The notes below the pieces were generated by a model. That model was not told the DNA's origin. It worked only from the letters and a program-made list of their open reading frames with translations, and did not search any database. Position numbers and translations under genes: made by a program. Shown one piece after another: positions 15,019-28,003 of a stretch of DNA of 64,000 nucleotides (within the stretch, counting starts at the first letter, position 1; each line of letters starts with the position of its first letter). Source of the stretch: Cycas panzhihuaensis (taxonomy: Eukaryota; Plantae; Cycadophyta); assembly GCA_023213395.1 (NCBI GenBank), contig CM041465.1, positions 230,461,741 to 230,525,740 of the forward strand, in the 5' to 3' direction.

Positions 15019-18000
15019 TGGTATTAGAGTGGGTGCCAAGGTTTGAGTCACCTTGAGTTAGGTTTGAGGGAGGGTGTAAGAGTATCCCATAGACCGTGGA
15101 TGTATCCAACCCATACTCTCAATTATTAGTGTTGGCTCATGGGTGTCCCAACCTTGGGATATACCTAGGCATATTTGTGGGTTGTGGCAAGACCAATTCC
15201 ACTCATGTCTTTTGGTGCTATGGTAACTCCTACAAGTTAGCTTCATATTATCATATGTAGGACCATATTCTTGATTGATACATAAGAACTAGATGTTATA
15301 GGTAGATGAAGTAAGATATTAAAATGGTCATTCTTAGGTGCCATACAATGGATTAATTCCTATTAGGATGTGGAGATTCTATATTACTAAATTATTCTCT
15401 TTGCTAATTAATTTCTATAGTTTCCCATATCCATCAAATTGTTCTTTACAATGTAAGTATTAGATTGCTAATCTATTTATATGGCATTATTCACTCATAC
15501 ACATAGGGATAAAACTAAAGAAATATTAATTATTTTATGCTTCCTAAGATTATTTAAGATTACACTAGTAATATCATGCTAGTATAGGGTTGTTAATACA
15601 TTTGTCTCTCATTCATACTCTCTAAAATAGTAAAATATTTTAGCACTCAATCATAATGTTAAATTATTCTAGATTTGATTCCTAATATATTATTCACACA
15701 AAAATCCTTAGCTAAATATGGATAGTTTTATGGATATATTCTATATACAAAAATAGAAAATGATGTTGGCAATATTTTCTCTTTACTATATGAGCTCAAC
15801 CAAACTCTATTATTAAGGGGATAAATGCTTCCCTAATTTTGGGATTGTTACCCTTATCCTATAATATTAAGAATACTTCTTTTACTATCAATAGTTAGAT
15901 ATATATTTCTTACTTATCATTTTCCTAATACCATATTTAATTACCTATATTTTCTTAACATTTATCTTACATTGTATTTGATTGAGCATTTGTTTGGTTT
16001 ACTTATGTATATTGCATCTCTAAAAATGATGATATTTTTAACAATATCTCCTATATGTTTTAGGGCTATATTAAAGTTGAGTCAACACACAAAATAGACA
16101 TCTATTCTTCTATTATGATGATGTTCTTTTTTGTCACTTTTCATATTTTTTAGTTTGATTCTAAATTTAATTAATAATTCTATTTATATCATTATATAGA
16201 TATTTTCTAGTAAATAATAATTGAGTACTTATTGATTGATAATAGATACCATATGAAGGATTTATTCCCCTTTTATAATTTTACCTTATCCCATGGCCCT
16301 ATTTCCTACTTCTCAAGGTTGAACTCATAATTAATCCCTTAAAAATAAAAATTTTCTCTTAAAATTAGACTTTTGTATCAATGTAGATGATTTATTTTTT
16401 AAAGTGACTCATTATAAATATATGTTCTTAAGGTTCATTTCATCTTTAGCTCTATAAGAAGCCTCTTTAAAGTTTTAAACCCTATGATTACTTCTTTCTT
16501 TATTTGCTCATGCTTAAACAAAGCATTCTTTATTATATTTTTTATTTGATTATGCACTTAGCTAGAAGACTTTTGCATGCCCTAACCATTTCCATCATAC
16601 TTGTGGAGGTTTTCAATCATTTGGTTCATAGAATTTTATGTTTTCTTCATTGTTTTGTTGATTTATTGCATATTGTATGTCACGTGTGTAACTCATGTGG
16701 TATGCCACCAAAGTCATATAAAAATCATGAGGTATACTATTGATGTCCACTATAACTTATGCAACATACCATTGAAGTCTTATGTAAGTCATATATAGTA
16801 TGCCATATATGGCATCATTGAAGTTCTATATAAATAAAATGGTATCATACTACTAATCTTTTCACAACTCAATCAATAAGATGTACTTTGTATTACCTCT
16901 TTACTTTTCATCTCCTATAATATTTCCATCACTTTCACACTTTATTTTTGTGGTACACTATGTTTTTTCAAATCATAATCTATGATATACTTTTGTGTTT
17001 TAATGGTATATAAATTTCTTACATTTCTCTTCACTCATTATTCATTTTAGATTTCTAATTGCCTTACACTAATTTTCTAATCTTTAGTTTGATTATCTCT
17101 TACTCATCATTGATCTCTATTATTTTTATGTCACATAACCCTATATTGTCTCCAAACTTGAGTTAATTTTTTTTTGTGACCATACTAAGGACCACTTTCT
17201 ATTGTCTCTTAGTTGATCTTTGATTTTATTTCACTCATAATTGATTTCTCAGCTAGTTCATTATCCCTCTCATTTATTTATTTTTCTTTTCTTATTGGTC
17301 ATCACTTTAGATGAATTCTCATAGTGACTTATCCTATATGACTCATAAATTTCCTCATCTTTGGTGAGGTTCTCTTAAAATGGATTTCATTTGAGATTTA
17401 GATTTCTCTAATATATGAGGGGTACCTTGGTAGTTTTCCCTAATGTCATTTTGTAGGAAGAGGAATATTAAATAAGAAGAAAGCGCACATACACATTTGT
17501 TATTAATTATATGAGTCTCTTAAGTGAATAAATAAGATAAGAGCATCTATTCTTTGTTTGATTTTATATCTTCCATTTAATTAATGATTACAAAGAAAAT
17601 ACTAGAAGCTATTTAATTAATTAATTTTGGATGAATATACAAAATAAATTAATGGGGTAAAAGAACCTAAAAACTCTCATGAAATATATCAACTTGAAGC
17701 TTGAAGCTTGTGTTTGAAAATTTTGAAATAAATAGCTCATAAGTGATATCAATTTTCTTTTACTCCATAGCATCTGTTAAAATCCATCTTCATTATCTTC
17801 CTATTCCAGGTCTGAGTAGGAAGCAATGATGGTGGCATCAAGTGTGTAGGGAAGTAAGTTAGCTCTTTCGTGTGTGTAAGTTAAATAACCATTCTTCCTC
17901 CCCCTTTGTATGTGGGAACAATAATCCATACTCATAAGGTGAGATCTCTATGTCATCTCCATCATTGGGTGTAGGTTTTATGGGAAGTGGTAGCACCATC

Positions 18001-18602
18001 TTGTTCATATATAGGGCATGAGCTTTGGTAATGATATCACTTCTCCATTCACTATATGTTTCTTTTTTCTCTTTCCTCTTTTACTTCCTCTGTTTTAGTC
18101 CAAATGTCAAATAAGTATCATTCCTAAAATCTTTAATACTACACATTTAAAGTAATACCTAAATAAGATTCATCTTCTACTAATGGTAGTGACCCTATTA
18201 AGGATACCATTCAAGAGCTTAGGAGGACCATCCAATCTTTGGAAGAGGACATAGATTGCATGAAAACAAATTTTGCTATGAATGAGTAGCAGTTCTAAAC
18301 CTCTCTCATGCCTCTTAATCATGAGCATAGTCTTCAACTAAGGCGTAAAGACGATCTCATACACAATCTTTGCCAAAAGCCATTTTTAGTAAACTAAGCT
18401 AACCCTAATTTACTTGATCTAGAATAAAGGGTTCCCAGTGATGATCTTTTCAATATAATTCTTCCTACTTTGAAAAGAAGAATATAATTCCTACTTCCTA
18501 ATTTTTATGATACTATGAAGATGATAACCTCTCTATATTTCAAAGGTTACAACAAGCTTATAAAAGCTAAGAAAATTGAATGGAATAATAGGAGGAAGTA
18601 GC

Positions 18603-18604
<2 letters not shown>

Positions 18605-18652
<48 letters not shown>

Positions 18653-18677
18653 ATATATATATACATGTATGTATGTA

Positions 18678-18710
<33 letters not shown>
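18605..18710. repeat. Compound microsatellite (TA)n(TATG)n(TG)n
   Basis: Directly visible. Confidence 0.95.
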
Positions 18711-18712
<2 letters not shown>

Positions 18713-19011
18713 TTAAAATATAGGTTTCAATACCATATAACAACCTTAAGAAAAGGCACATATGTTTTAATTCTATCTATGTTCTACTAGGTAACAATAT
18801 AGTTTTTATAAAAGTACAAAGTAGAGCTGCAAATCTTTCTCTAACAAGAGAATGATTAGATTCATGAGTGCATATATTTCTTAAAAGAAGAGTTGCTATG
18901 AAATATATTGATAGACATTTTAATCCCTCTTTTCTTAATTATTCCAATGACCTTTTTGTGGCCTTAGATCTAATAGTAGATCCTTGTGTAGGACACCTAT
19001 AAAGGCCTTTA

Positions 19012-19410
19012 TGTTGAGGCTAGAAACAACCATTAAAATATTTTTCTAATACTTAATTATATAGTTATCCCTATTCATACTCTATTTAGATTATTCTGTA
19101 TTTTATATTTGAGGTCTTCTTAAGTTGTGGGTTATATAGAAATGTGTGCTAGCCCATAGAAAGTTGACCAATGAGAGTTCTTATACATTTGGTAAGCTGT
19201 ACTATAAGTATATATATCATCCTTCTTTCTAATTTAAAGTTTAGCCATTATTCCATTTTATTTTGTTAACTGGTATATGCTTAATCTCTCTTATGCCTTA
19301 TTGCTTTATCATTCATTCACCATATTCATATATTGTTAGTTATAACAAAATCATCTTTTAACATATTATTTAAACTATCATCTTATTTTCATTCTTAGAT
19401 GGTATCAAAG
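19012..19410 (+). repeat. Truncated LTR plus PBS fragment inserted in the LINE (second copy 24651-~25048)
   Basis: Starts tgttgaggc, ends ttcttaga / ttctaaca, followed by tggtatcaaag. No partner LTR. Confidence 0.55.
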
Positions 19411-19499
19411 GCTCTATCTTATTTTCCAAGAAGTGCTATCAAAGCTAGTATGCTTAACCCAACACTAAGAAATAGATAATAAGAATCATATTAATAATA

Positions 19500-20596
19500 T
19501 AAGCCATTTAAGAGATTTCTTATTATCTCTTCTAGTTGGCATACTTGACACTAATATTAATTAAAATTCTAGAAATATTATACTCAAGGGAGATGAACTA
19601 GAATTTATTTTAGGTTAGAGACCAATTATAGTCCTTAACGTATCTCATAAAATCCTTGATAAGATTCTCGAAAAAGGCCTAAAGATGTCCTACATAAAAT
19701 TATTAAACTATAGTAAACTAGGTTCCTTAAAGGTTAATTTATTCTTAAAAAAGTAGTTAGCATGTATGAAGGAATAGAATGGGATAGATTATTAGGTTAG
19801 GATACCCTTCTTATAAAATTGTAGTTTAAGAAAGCATACAATAGATTCAAGTAGAAATTCATCATCCATATGCTTTCAAACTTAGGATTTAAAGATAAAT
19901 TCTTTAGAATGGTTTAAATTTTATTTACATATACTTTTTCTTATATCCTTATTAATGGTATTTTAACAATGCTAGTGTAATTGGAAAGATCTATTAAGAA
20001 AGGTTGTCACTTAACCCTACCTATAAATATCTTGGTTGTAAATTGACTTGGTTATTTATTATAAGGAAAATATTTTATAGGCTTATTTATAGGTATTTCT
20101 CTACTTAGTTCTTCATATAAATAAATAATCAATAGGGATTTTGTTAATGACTCTTTTCTTATAGCTAGGGTTGAGCTTAAGAATGTTCCCAAATATTAAA
20201 TATTGTAAACATATTTTGTGAGGTGTTCAGCTCTAAAATCCACTAAGAAATATAATCTACTATTTTTAATCCATGGAGATAGCTTAGAATGGTTAAACTA
20301 ATATAGTTATAGTTAGTTTAAACCAAGTGAGATTTTAAAGTTCTTGGGAATTCCCTTCAAATTTAGTGCCATACTTATTGAAATATAGGAATATGTTATT
20401 AACAAAGTGGAGAAAAATCTTATCTCTATATTCCTCCAAGTTCCTATCCTTAGTAAGAAAAATTAAAATTTATTTTAAGATAATAATAGAATATTTATTA
20501 TTCCTCGTATTACATGTCATTTAATGTAGCTTATGACAAGCTAATGGAGCTCCTAAATACCTTCTTCTAGCCAAATTAAGAAGGGAGGAAATAAAT
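19500..20596 (+). pseudogene. Decayed L1-type LINE ORF2 RT region, copy 1
   Basis: *RPIIVLNVSHKIL (WRPITLLN motif), IKL*FKKAYNRFK, IKKGCHLT (RQGCPLS motif), FVNDS (FADD motif), FKFLGIPF. Confidence 0.75.
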
Positions 20597-23500
20597 TATA
20601 GAAAAATAAAATTGACAAAAAATAATAATATATAGACGAAAAAAAAAAAGAAGCACCATGATCATAATGGTATCCTTAAGGTACCTTAACTTGGATTAAG
20701 ACCATCAGAATTCAATATTACATCAATATGATATATTAAGTATATATTTAGAATATACAATTTGGCTATATATGGGACCCACCATAAAATGTTAATATCA
20801 TAATAAAATTAATTGCATAAATATGCATTATATCATTGCCTTATAAAACATGAACCAAGAAATTCTAACACTCCTTCATAATGCACATTTGGGAACATAA
20901 ATGTTGCTTTGAATTTGTAATACTTGATCCTTGGGAATGTCTTAAAAATAATATCTAAAACTTGGTCTTTAATTTGATTTTCAACTTGTCTTTATTGTAT
21001 TAATTCTTAAATGTAGTAATGATACTTGATCTTGATATGGTTCATTATTCTTTGCAAAACTAAGTTCTTTATCATTTGTATAGTATTTTGATTATCATAT
21101 TAAATGTTTATAAGTTCATTCCGATTTTGATGTAGACCTTGTAGTGTCTCTCTCAGATTAACTATTTCACAAACTTTAGCTTCAAGTTCTTTGTATTTTC
21201 CTTCATATTCATCATTTTGAATCACTTGAAATCTCGTCATTCTCTTATTAAAATTTGGATTAAGAATATCTCCTAGATCAGGCTCAATCATAAAGTATTT
21301 ATTAACTTGTAAATACTTCTTATTATTTGAATAATCAAAATCATTTTCTAAAACTTGTATAAAATTTGAATCAATATTTAAAATAAGAACTTCACTTGAA
21401 TTTTTATCATCAACAACATCGGTAGATATAAGCAAAGTTGATTCATCTTCAACTTCAAATATAGTTTCCTTTGAAGTAATAGGAACATCTATAGAAATGA
21501 GTAAAGAAACTTCAACATCTTGAATCACTTTATTATAATCATCAATAAATTCTTCGTATCCAATCATAGTAACATGTTCTTTACACTCAACATACTCAAT
21601 AGTAGTAATCTCATCGGATTCAATAAAGCATTCAACTGTAGTCTCTTCATATTTAGTAGTGTATCCATTAACAATATTTTTAACCTTGTTCTCCTTATAT
21701 TAACATACTTTTTCTTTTTAAACTTTAAGTTTTTGGCATACATTTTCTTTAGGGACTTCTATATTTACTTAATAATTACCTGCAACATTATCTTGAGGCT
21801 TTGGCCTTCTAAAATGAATAAATAGGTTGATAGATTCATCAACCTCTTTATACTTATTTTTATCTTCAACAATCATTGGCTTTTCTTCAAGTTACTTGAT
21901 ATCTGGAGCATAAATAGATTTCAACATATCACATGCTTCCTTTAAAGTAGTATTATGATATACCTGAGTGTATATACTCCTTTCTAAAGTAGAGAAGATA
22001 TAACTAAGTGCTTCTACATACTTTTCTAGAAGTTCTATCAATTTCTATTCTTAATCAAGTGTTAATTCAACTTTAGAATAAACTAGTTTTAGGCCTCTAT
22101 ATCCTTTAATAATAATATCTTGTAATTGCTTAACTTCCAAAACAAGTTTTATTCTAGTTAACCATATAAAGTATTTTCTTCCCTTAAATTTAGAAATCAT
22201 AAGAGGTGAATGAGAAAGTTTTATTTTCTTAATGAAAATTAATTATAACAAGTACAAAAATTCATCCATATGTAATTGTAAATAAGCATATCAACTTATC
22301 ATATTCAGTATATTATCTTGTATAAATTATGGTTCTTAATTTTCTCCTATAGTTCCAAATAATGCACCAACTTTGAATTAAAATTTCTATGAAGAAGGAA
22401 TCAAAGCATACCAAATCATATATCAAAATCACCATCTTTGAGTTAGGATTCTAATTATTTATAGGATTCAAAAAATAAACTCTTGAAACTCAAGATATTA
22501 AAGAAAATGCACAAGTATCTTTTTGGAAAAAAGAAACTGAATGATTTAGGGTTTTAACCCCTTCGGTAATTTAATTATTAGTCGTATGGATGTTGTTGGT
22601 GATTGAAGGATGACATGCTAAAGGGCTAGAAAATTCTGATTAACATTATAATCTAATTAAATTTTGTAATTAAATTTTAGTCAAATGGTAAAAATTTAAT
22701 TTGTAGGATAAAAAATATAAATCAATTACAAATTAAATGAATAAAAAATAATTGCACATGGAATAAAACTATTGAATCTACCCTAGATGTTCATAGAGGC
22801 AAATTTAAACCTACAAAAATCTTGTAAATGGCTCATTTAAATAATTATATAAAATGGCAATAAGATTTCAAATGAATAATGATGGTAATACACATAAAGA
22901 TAAGGTCTTATGACCATGGTAGAGGCATGAATATTAGGGTGATAATAGATTTTACAATGCTTTAAATAGTAGGCATAACTATTACATACAAAAACAGGTG
23001 CCTTTACAGTGACAAATAGATAGGCATAACACACACAATAATGGCATCATAGGTAGGACCACACAAATATAATAATCTTTGTGGTTACAAAATTTCAATG
23101 ACACTTCAACACTTAGACCATAAAACACATAAGGTACCTAAGTACATACCCTATACTACTAAAAGGTGTAGGTATAAACACAAATCCATGGGTAACATAC
23201 AAGCTTAAGGTTTCACCCTAAGACATCCATAAATAATGAGTAGGCTCTACAAAGCCACCTCCTCTCATAACATCAAATTGGAAAACTAGTAAAATGGAGA
23301 AAATATGGCATAGTAATATAATCACCTCACAAGTAAGAATAGAGTTTTAACAATGGGTGTGTAGGCACAATCGACAGATAATGCTAGTACAATGTACAAA
23401 TAACAACTATGTACTAACTAATACTAGGCAACAAATAGGTATAGGTATGAACATAGAGTAACAATACAAATCCACAATAGCCATGAACAAAACAATTGGT

Positions 23501-23685
23501 AGAGAAACACCATAAATAATAGATAGGAAAAACCCTTGTTAAGGTTTTTCCATAATACTAAGAACCCACATATGGTAAATAGGATCCTCCTCATGGCCCT
23601 CACTATGAACCCATGGATAATGTCTCCACAACTAACACTAGCAAATTGAATCACCTCACATGACTAGCATAATGATAATCTTCAA
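20597..23685 (-). mobile_element. Truncated copy of element H (3' LTR 20597-20870 plus internal region; 5' LTR lost at the duplication junction)
   Basis: Collinear with 33665-35160 plus 42818-44481. Gag-like minus-strand ORF remnant ~21100-22200. Confidence 0.8.
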
Positions 23686-24170
23686 TACTACACATTTGAA
23701 GTGATATCCAAATAAGATTCGTCTTCTAATGATGGTAGTGGGACTATTGAGGATACCATTCAAGAGCTTAGGAGGACCATCCAAGCTTTGGAAGAGGGCA
23801 CAGATTATATGAAAATAAAGTCTACTATAAATGAGTAGCTATTCTCAAACTCTCTCATATCTCTTAATCTGGAGCACAACCTTTAGTTGAGGCATAAGAA
23901 CAATCTCATATATAATCTTTATCAAAATAAATTTCTATCAAACCGAGTTGACCCTAATTTACTTGATCTAGAATAAAGGGTTCCTAATGATCATGTTGTC
24001 AACACAATTCTTCTTACTCTTGAAAAAAGAATACAATTCTTGCTTCCTATTTTTTTAATTTATCTTTTTATGATAATATTAAGATGGTAACTCCTCTATT
24101 TTTTGAAGGTTAATATACGCTTACAAAATCCAAGAAAATTGAATAGAACAATAGGGTGAAGTAGTCAACA

Positions 24171-24201
<31 letters not shown>

Positions 24202-24322
24202 AGAGAGAGAGAGAGATACACACACATATACATACATACATACATACATACATACAGATATATATATATATGTATGTATGTATGTATGCATGTGTGTGTA
24301 TGTGTACATATATACATACATA

Positions 24323-24360
<38 letters not shown>
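24171..24360. repeat. Compound, largely palindromic microsatellite (TC)n/(GA)n, (TACA)n/(TA)n/(TATG)n, (TG)n/(CA)n
   Basis: Directly visible; occupies the position orthologous to 18605-18710. Confidence 0.95.
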
Positions 24361-24361
<1 letters not shown>

Positions 24362-25746
24362 CTTTTAAATATAGGTTTCAACACCATATAACAACTTTAA
24401 GAAAGGTACAGATATTTCAATTCTACCTGCATTCTCCTAAGTAATAACATAGTTTTTATAGGAATGCAAAATGGAGGTGAAAAGCCTTCTCTAACAAGAG
24501 AATGCCTAGATTTGTGAGTGTATATATTTCTTAAAATATGACTTGTTACAAAATATACTAGTAGACATTTTAAACTCTCTTTTTCAAATCATTCTAGTGA
24601 CCTTAGATCTAGTAGTAGATCCTTATGTAGGGCAACTAAAAGGGCCTCTGTATTGAGGCTAAAAACAATCATAAAAGTATTTTTGTAGTACTCAACTACA
24701 TAACTATCCTTATTTACACTCTTTAGATTATTTTATATTTTATATTTGATGTCTTATTGAGTTATGAGCCTCATAGAAGTGTGTGTTAGCCCACAACAAG
24801 TTGATCAATGAAATTTTCCACATATTTGGTAAGTTGTACTATAAAAATGTACATCATCCTTCTTTCTAATTTAAAGTTCAGTCATTTTTCAGTTTCATTA
24901 TGTTGATTTATACATGATTAATCTCTCTTCTGCATTATTACTTTATCATTCACTCACCATATTCATCTATTGTTATTCATAGAATATTTAGGTTCTAATA
25001 TGATATCTAAATTATCATCTTATTTTTATTCTAACAATGTACTAGAGCCTTCATCTTATTTTTTAATAAGTGATATTAGAGCTAGTATGTTCATCCTAAT
25101 ACTAACAAATATATAATAAAAATCATATTAATAATATAAGTCATCTAAGAGGTTTCTTATTATCTCTTGTAGTTGGCATACTTAGCGTTAATATTAATCA
25201 AGAGTCTAGAAATATTATACTCAAGGGAGATGATATAAAATTTATTTCAAGGTAGAGACCAATAATAATCCTTAGTGTATCTTGTTAGAAAAGCTAATGT
25301 TATCTTTTTGATCACATGTGTAAAAGTAAATTTAAGTGATGTAAAGGTTATTTTTGATATAAGCTAATGTTAATTATTAATTATTATGTGAAGGTCGTTG
25401 AAATGAGCAACTGCCCATTTCAATGAACCTCTCATTCTTTAAATAGTCTCTCCTAGATTCTAGGAATTTGTTTCCAGGAATTTAGGAGGTTGTCATAAGC
25501 CTGTCCAAAGGCTGATTTCCTTTCTTAGTTTAGTAGATAGAGGTTATTCCTGGTTATGAAGGCAATGTAAAATTCTTTAGCAATAAATTTCAAATTAGAG
25601 AGGTGGTTTTTCTTCCCCAGAAGGGGTTTTCCACTTGCCAAAATAATGTGTACATGCACAATGTTTATCTTCACTTATGTATGGCTAGTTATTTAATCCT
25701 AAAGACATTGTGTATGTTGCCTCTCTTTACATGGTATCCGAGCAAA

Positions 25747-25920
25747 CATTAGTCTACATGCAACATCTTGTACAAGCTATTTGCCATCACCCAAGCATTC
25801 AACAATAGTTGGCAGTAGGACATTGAAATGTATCTTAAAACGTTCACCTGCTAATGCAGGCAAAGCAGGCACCTATAAAGCTCCTTGACTCATCCTGAAA
25901 TTATTGTCTTTCAAAAGAAC
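25747..25920 (-). pseudogene. CLASP: Captured fragment of CLIP-associated protein (CLASP) N-terminal TOG1 domain
   Basis: Minus strand reads VLLKDNNFRMSQGAL*VPALPALAGERFKIHFNVLLPTIVECLGDGK*LVQDVACRLM, matching plant CLASP LLKDSNFRVSQGALQALASAAVLAGEHLKLHLNALVPAVVERLGDSKQPVRDAARRLL. Confidence 0.9.
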
Positions 25921-26947
25921 CAGAGAATTTGTAATACAATGGGTTAGACGAAAGCTTGAATGAGCACTCACTCAACTCTAAGAAATTTCCCAGTATAACA
26001 GGTTTGGCATTGGAAGGCGACACCATTGCATACTGTTTAGTGGAGCTTTCTTCTTCATGGTGTTCATAGCTTTATTGTTTTCATGTTGGTTGCATCATAT
26101 AATTGTCAATCCAGCAAGGTCCTATTGAATCTAGTTTCAGAGCATCCTATTGTAGTAAAAGATTATAAATAATAAAGATTATGCTTGCCTAATAAATATC
26201 TCACCCTATAATGAAGATGGGTCATTAGAAATAGATTGTACATCACTTGTTGATGTCTGTGTCATACATCATGATGCTTCTACCGCTGAAGTAAATGACA
26301 ATGAAGGAGAAAAGCAAAATTGGAGTCCCAATATGAATGTTGGAATTCCAGTTATTGGAGAGCCTAAAACATGAGAGGCGTGTACAAATAAAGAGAGAGC
26401 TTCGAAGAGCATCCCCTAAAACCTTACAGATCATATTGAAGGAGGAGAAAACAACAACATCTGGCAGGAGATTAATCTACTATTCAACGCTAAGAAATCA
26501 GAGCTCTCTCTTAAGAATAACCAGACTAAGAAGTGGAATTGAATACTCCCAATGCTAACATAACCTAGTTATTGCAATCATCATCGAAGAACTGGAGCCT
26601 AGTCATTGCAACCGCCATCGAAGAACTGGATGCCACCTTATTCCATGTCTTCCTATATTGATGATAGCTCCTGCTCTCGCTGAGTTGAAGAACTAGGAAG
26701 AAAAACCTGTTAAAACCACTAAAACATCTTGCAACGCTATCGCCGATGCCTCCATAACCAATCCAGATCCTCACCTCAACAAGCCACCGTTCCTACAAAC
26801 CAGACGAAGAACATCCATAGGTGCTGCCATGGAGAAGATTAACAAGTAGGGTTTCTTCTCTTTCCCCCCCATCGGACCCCAAATTCCATTTCACATTAAT
26901 TTTCTTTTATAAAGAAAAAAATTCATCGAGCAAGCATCACCCAACAC

Positions 26948-27065
<118 letters not shown>

Positions 27066-28003
27066 TCAAACTAAATATAGTTAACCTTAGGGTAATTATA
27101 AAATTAATTAAAACACATTTTTTAAAGAGCATTACACCCCTATCATATTTGATTTATAAATCAACATTAGCACCCCCCCACCCGCCCTTATTACATCTTA
27201 ATGTTAACCTTAAACCCTCCCTTATTATATTAAACATTTAATTTTTTTTAAAGGACTAAATTATTCTTTCCTCCTCCTTCTTAGGATTTATGGCCTCCTA
27301 TTGGTCCCCTCTCTCAAAGATAATGATATGACATTATTAAAGAGTGAGGCTAGTTATGATAACGTGATATGTCTTATTAGCCTATTAGAGCTATGCATTT
27401 ACTGCCTATTATTACTCTTTTTCTAGTTCATATCTAAACTATGGGATTAACTATGGCTTCAATAACTCAACAATGATAGATATCCTAAGAGCCTTAATTA
27501 TGTTTAACTGAACTTCATTCTTAGGTTTACTCAATAGGTAAACTTGATATGCATCTATTGTACACACTAGAAGGACTTCATTTCATCACTTAGAAAAAAA
27601 AAAATTCTAGTGTCTCTTCCATACTTATCTCTAAATACTTTAAAAAGTCATCTTAAGTGAGTAACTACTCTCTTTCTTCTAAAGGAGAACTATTTAAAAC
27701 TTTATTTAAAATTTTCTTTTTGTTATTTAACTCTTTTGCTAATAAGTGAATAAGTAAATTATTTTTCAAACAACAAGAGGGACTATTAATTTTTCAGAAA
27801 AAGGGAATATTTAATTTTATAGGGGAAGGATATCCAAACAAACTTAATAACAATGATTTTCAGTTCCTTATCATTCGATTAAACATGTTACTCTGATGTT
27901 TAGTAATTTTTTATGTGACTTTTATCACCTATACTTATTCATTCAGATTTTCCAAATTTTTTGACTCAAACAAGACTTCTCATGAACATTTACAATTCCC
28001 AAT

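Larger units (their letters stand above)
11800..15234 (+). mobile_element. Element D: TRIM-like element with 160-bp LTRs (11800-11959, 15075-15234) enclosing a foreign Copia internal region plus one foreign LTR
   Basis: TSD aatta/agtta. TG...CA 160-bp LTR pair. PBS tggtattagagc at 11960 and tggtattagagt at 15019. PPT gagggaggg 15066-15074. Empty site at ~54640. Confidence 0.85.
1372..17690 (+). repeat. Duplicate of element I internal region plus most of its 3' LTR (LTR from 15826), interrupted by elements A/B and D; matches 52722-57131
   Basis: Collinear by eye: 1372-2148 with 52722-53499, 10652-11799 with 53495-54640, 15240-17687 with 54650-57131. PPT aaggggataaa then tgcttccc at 15826 mirrors 55251. 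Confidence 0.85.
18128..23677. repeat. Tandem duplication unit R1 (~5.55 kb). The second copy R2 is 23677-~44475, expanded by Copia F1 and F2
   Basis: Collinear by eye: 18128-19645 with 23677-25282, 19641-22080 with 32709-35160, 22080-23685 with 42818-44481. Confidence 0.9.

Noticed and set aside
16504-16798. Hydrophobic ORFs repeated at 55991-56264, and the pair 22837/43630
   Set aside because: They lie in AT-rich LTR or leader duplicates; recurrence reflects DNA duplication, not coding constraint.
19430-19445. Second PBS-like motif (agtgctatcaaagc; agtgatattagagc ~25068)
   Set aside because: Better explained as LINE ORF2 coding sequence (DIRASMF in copy 2).
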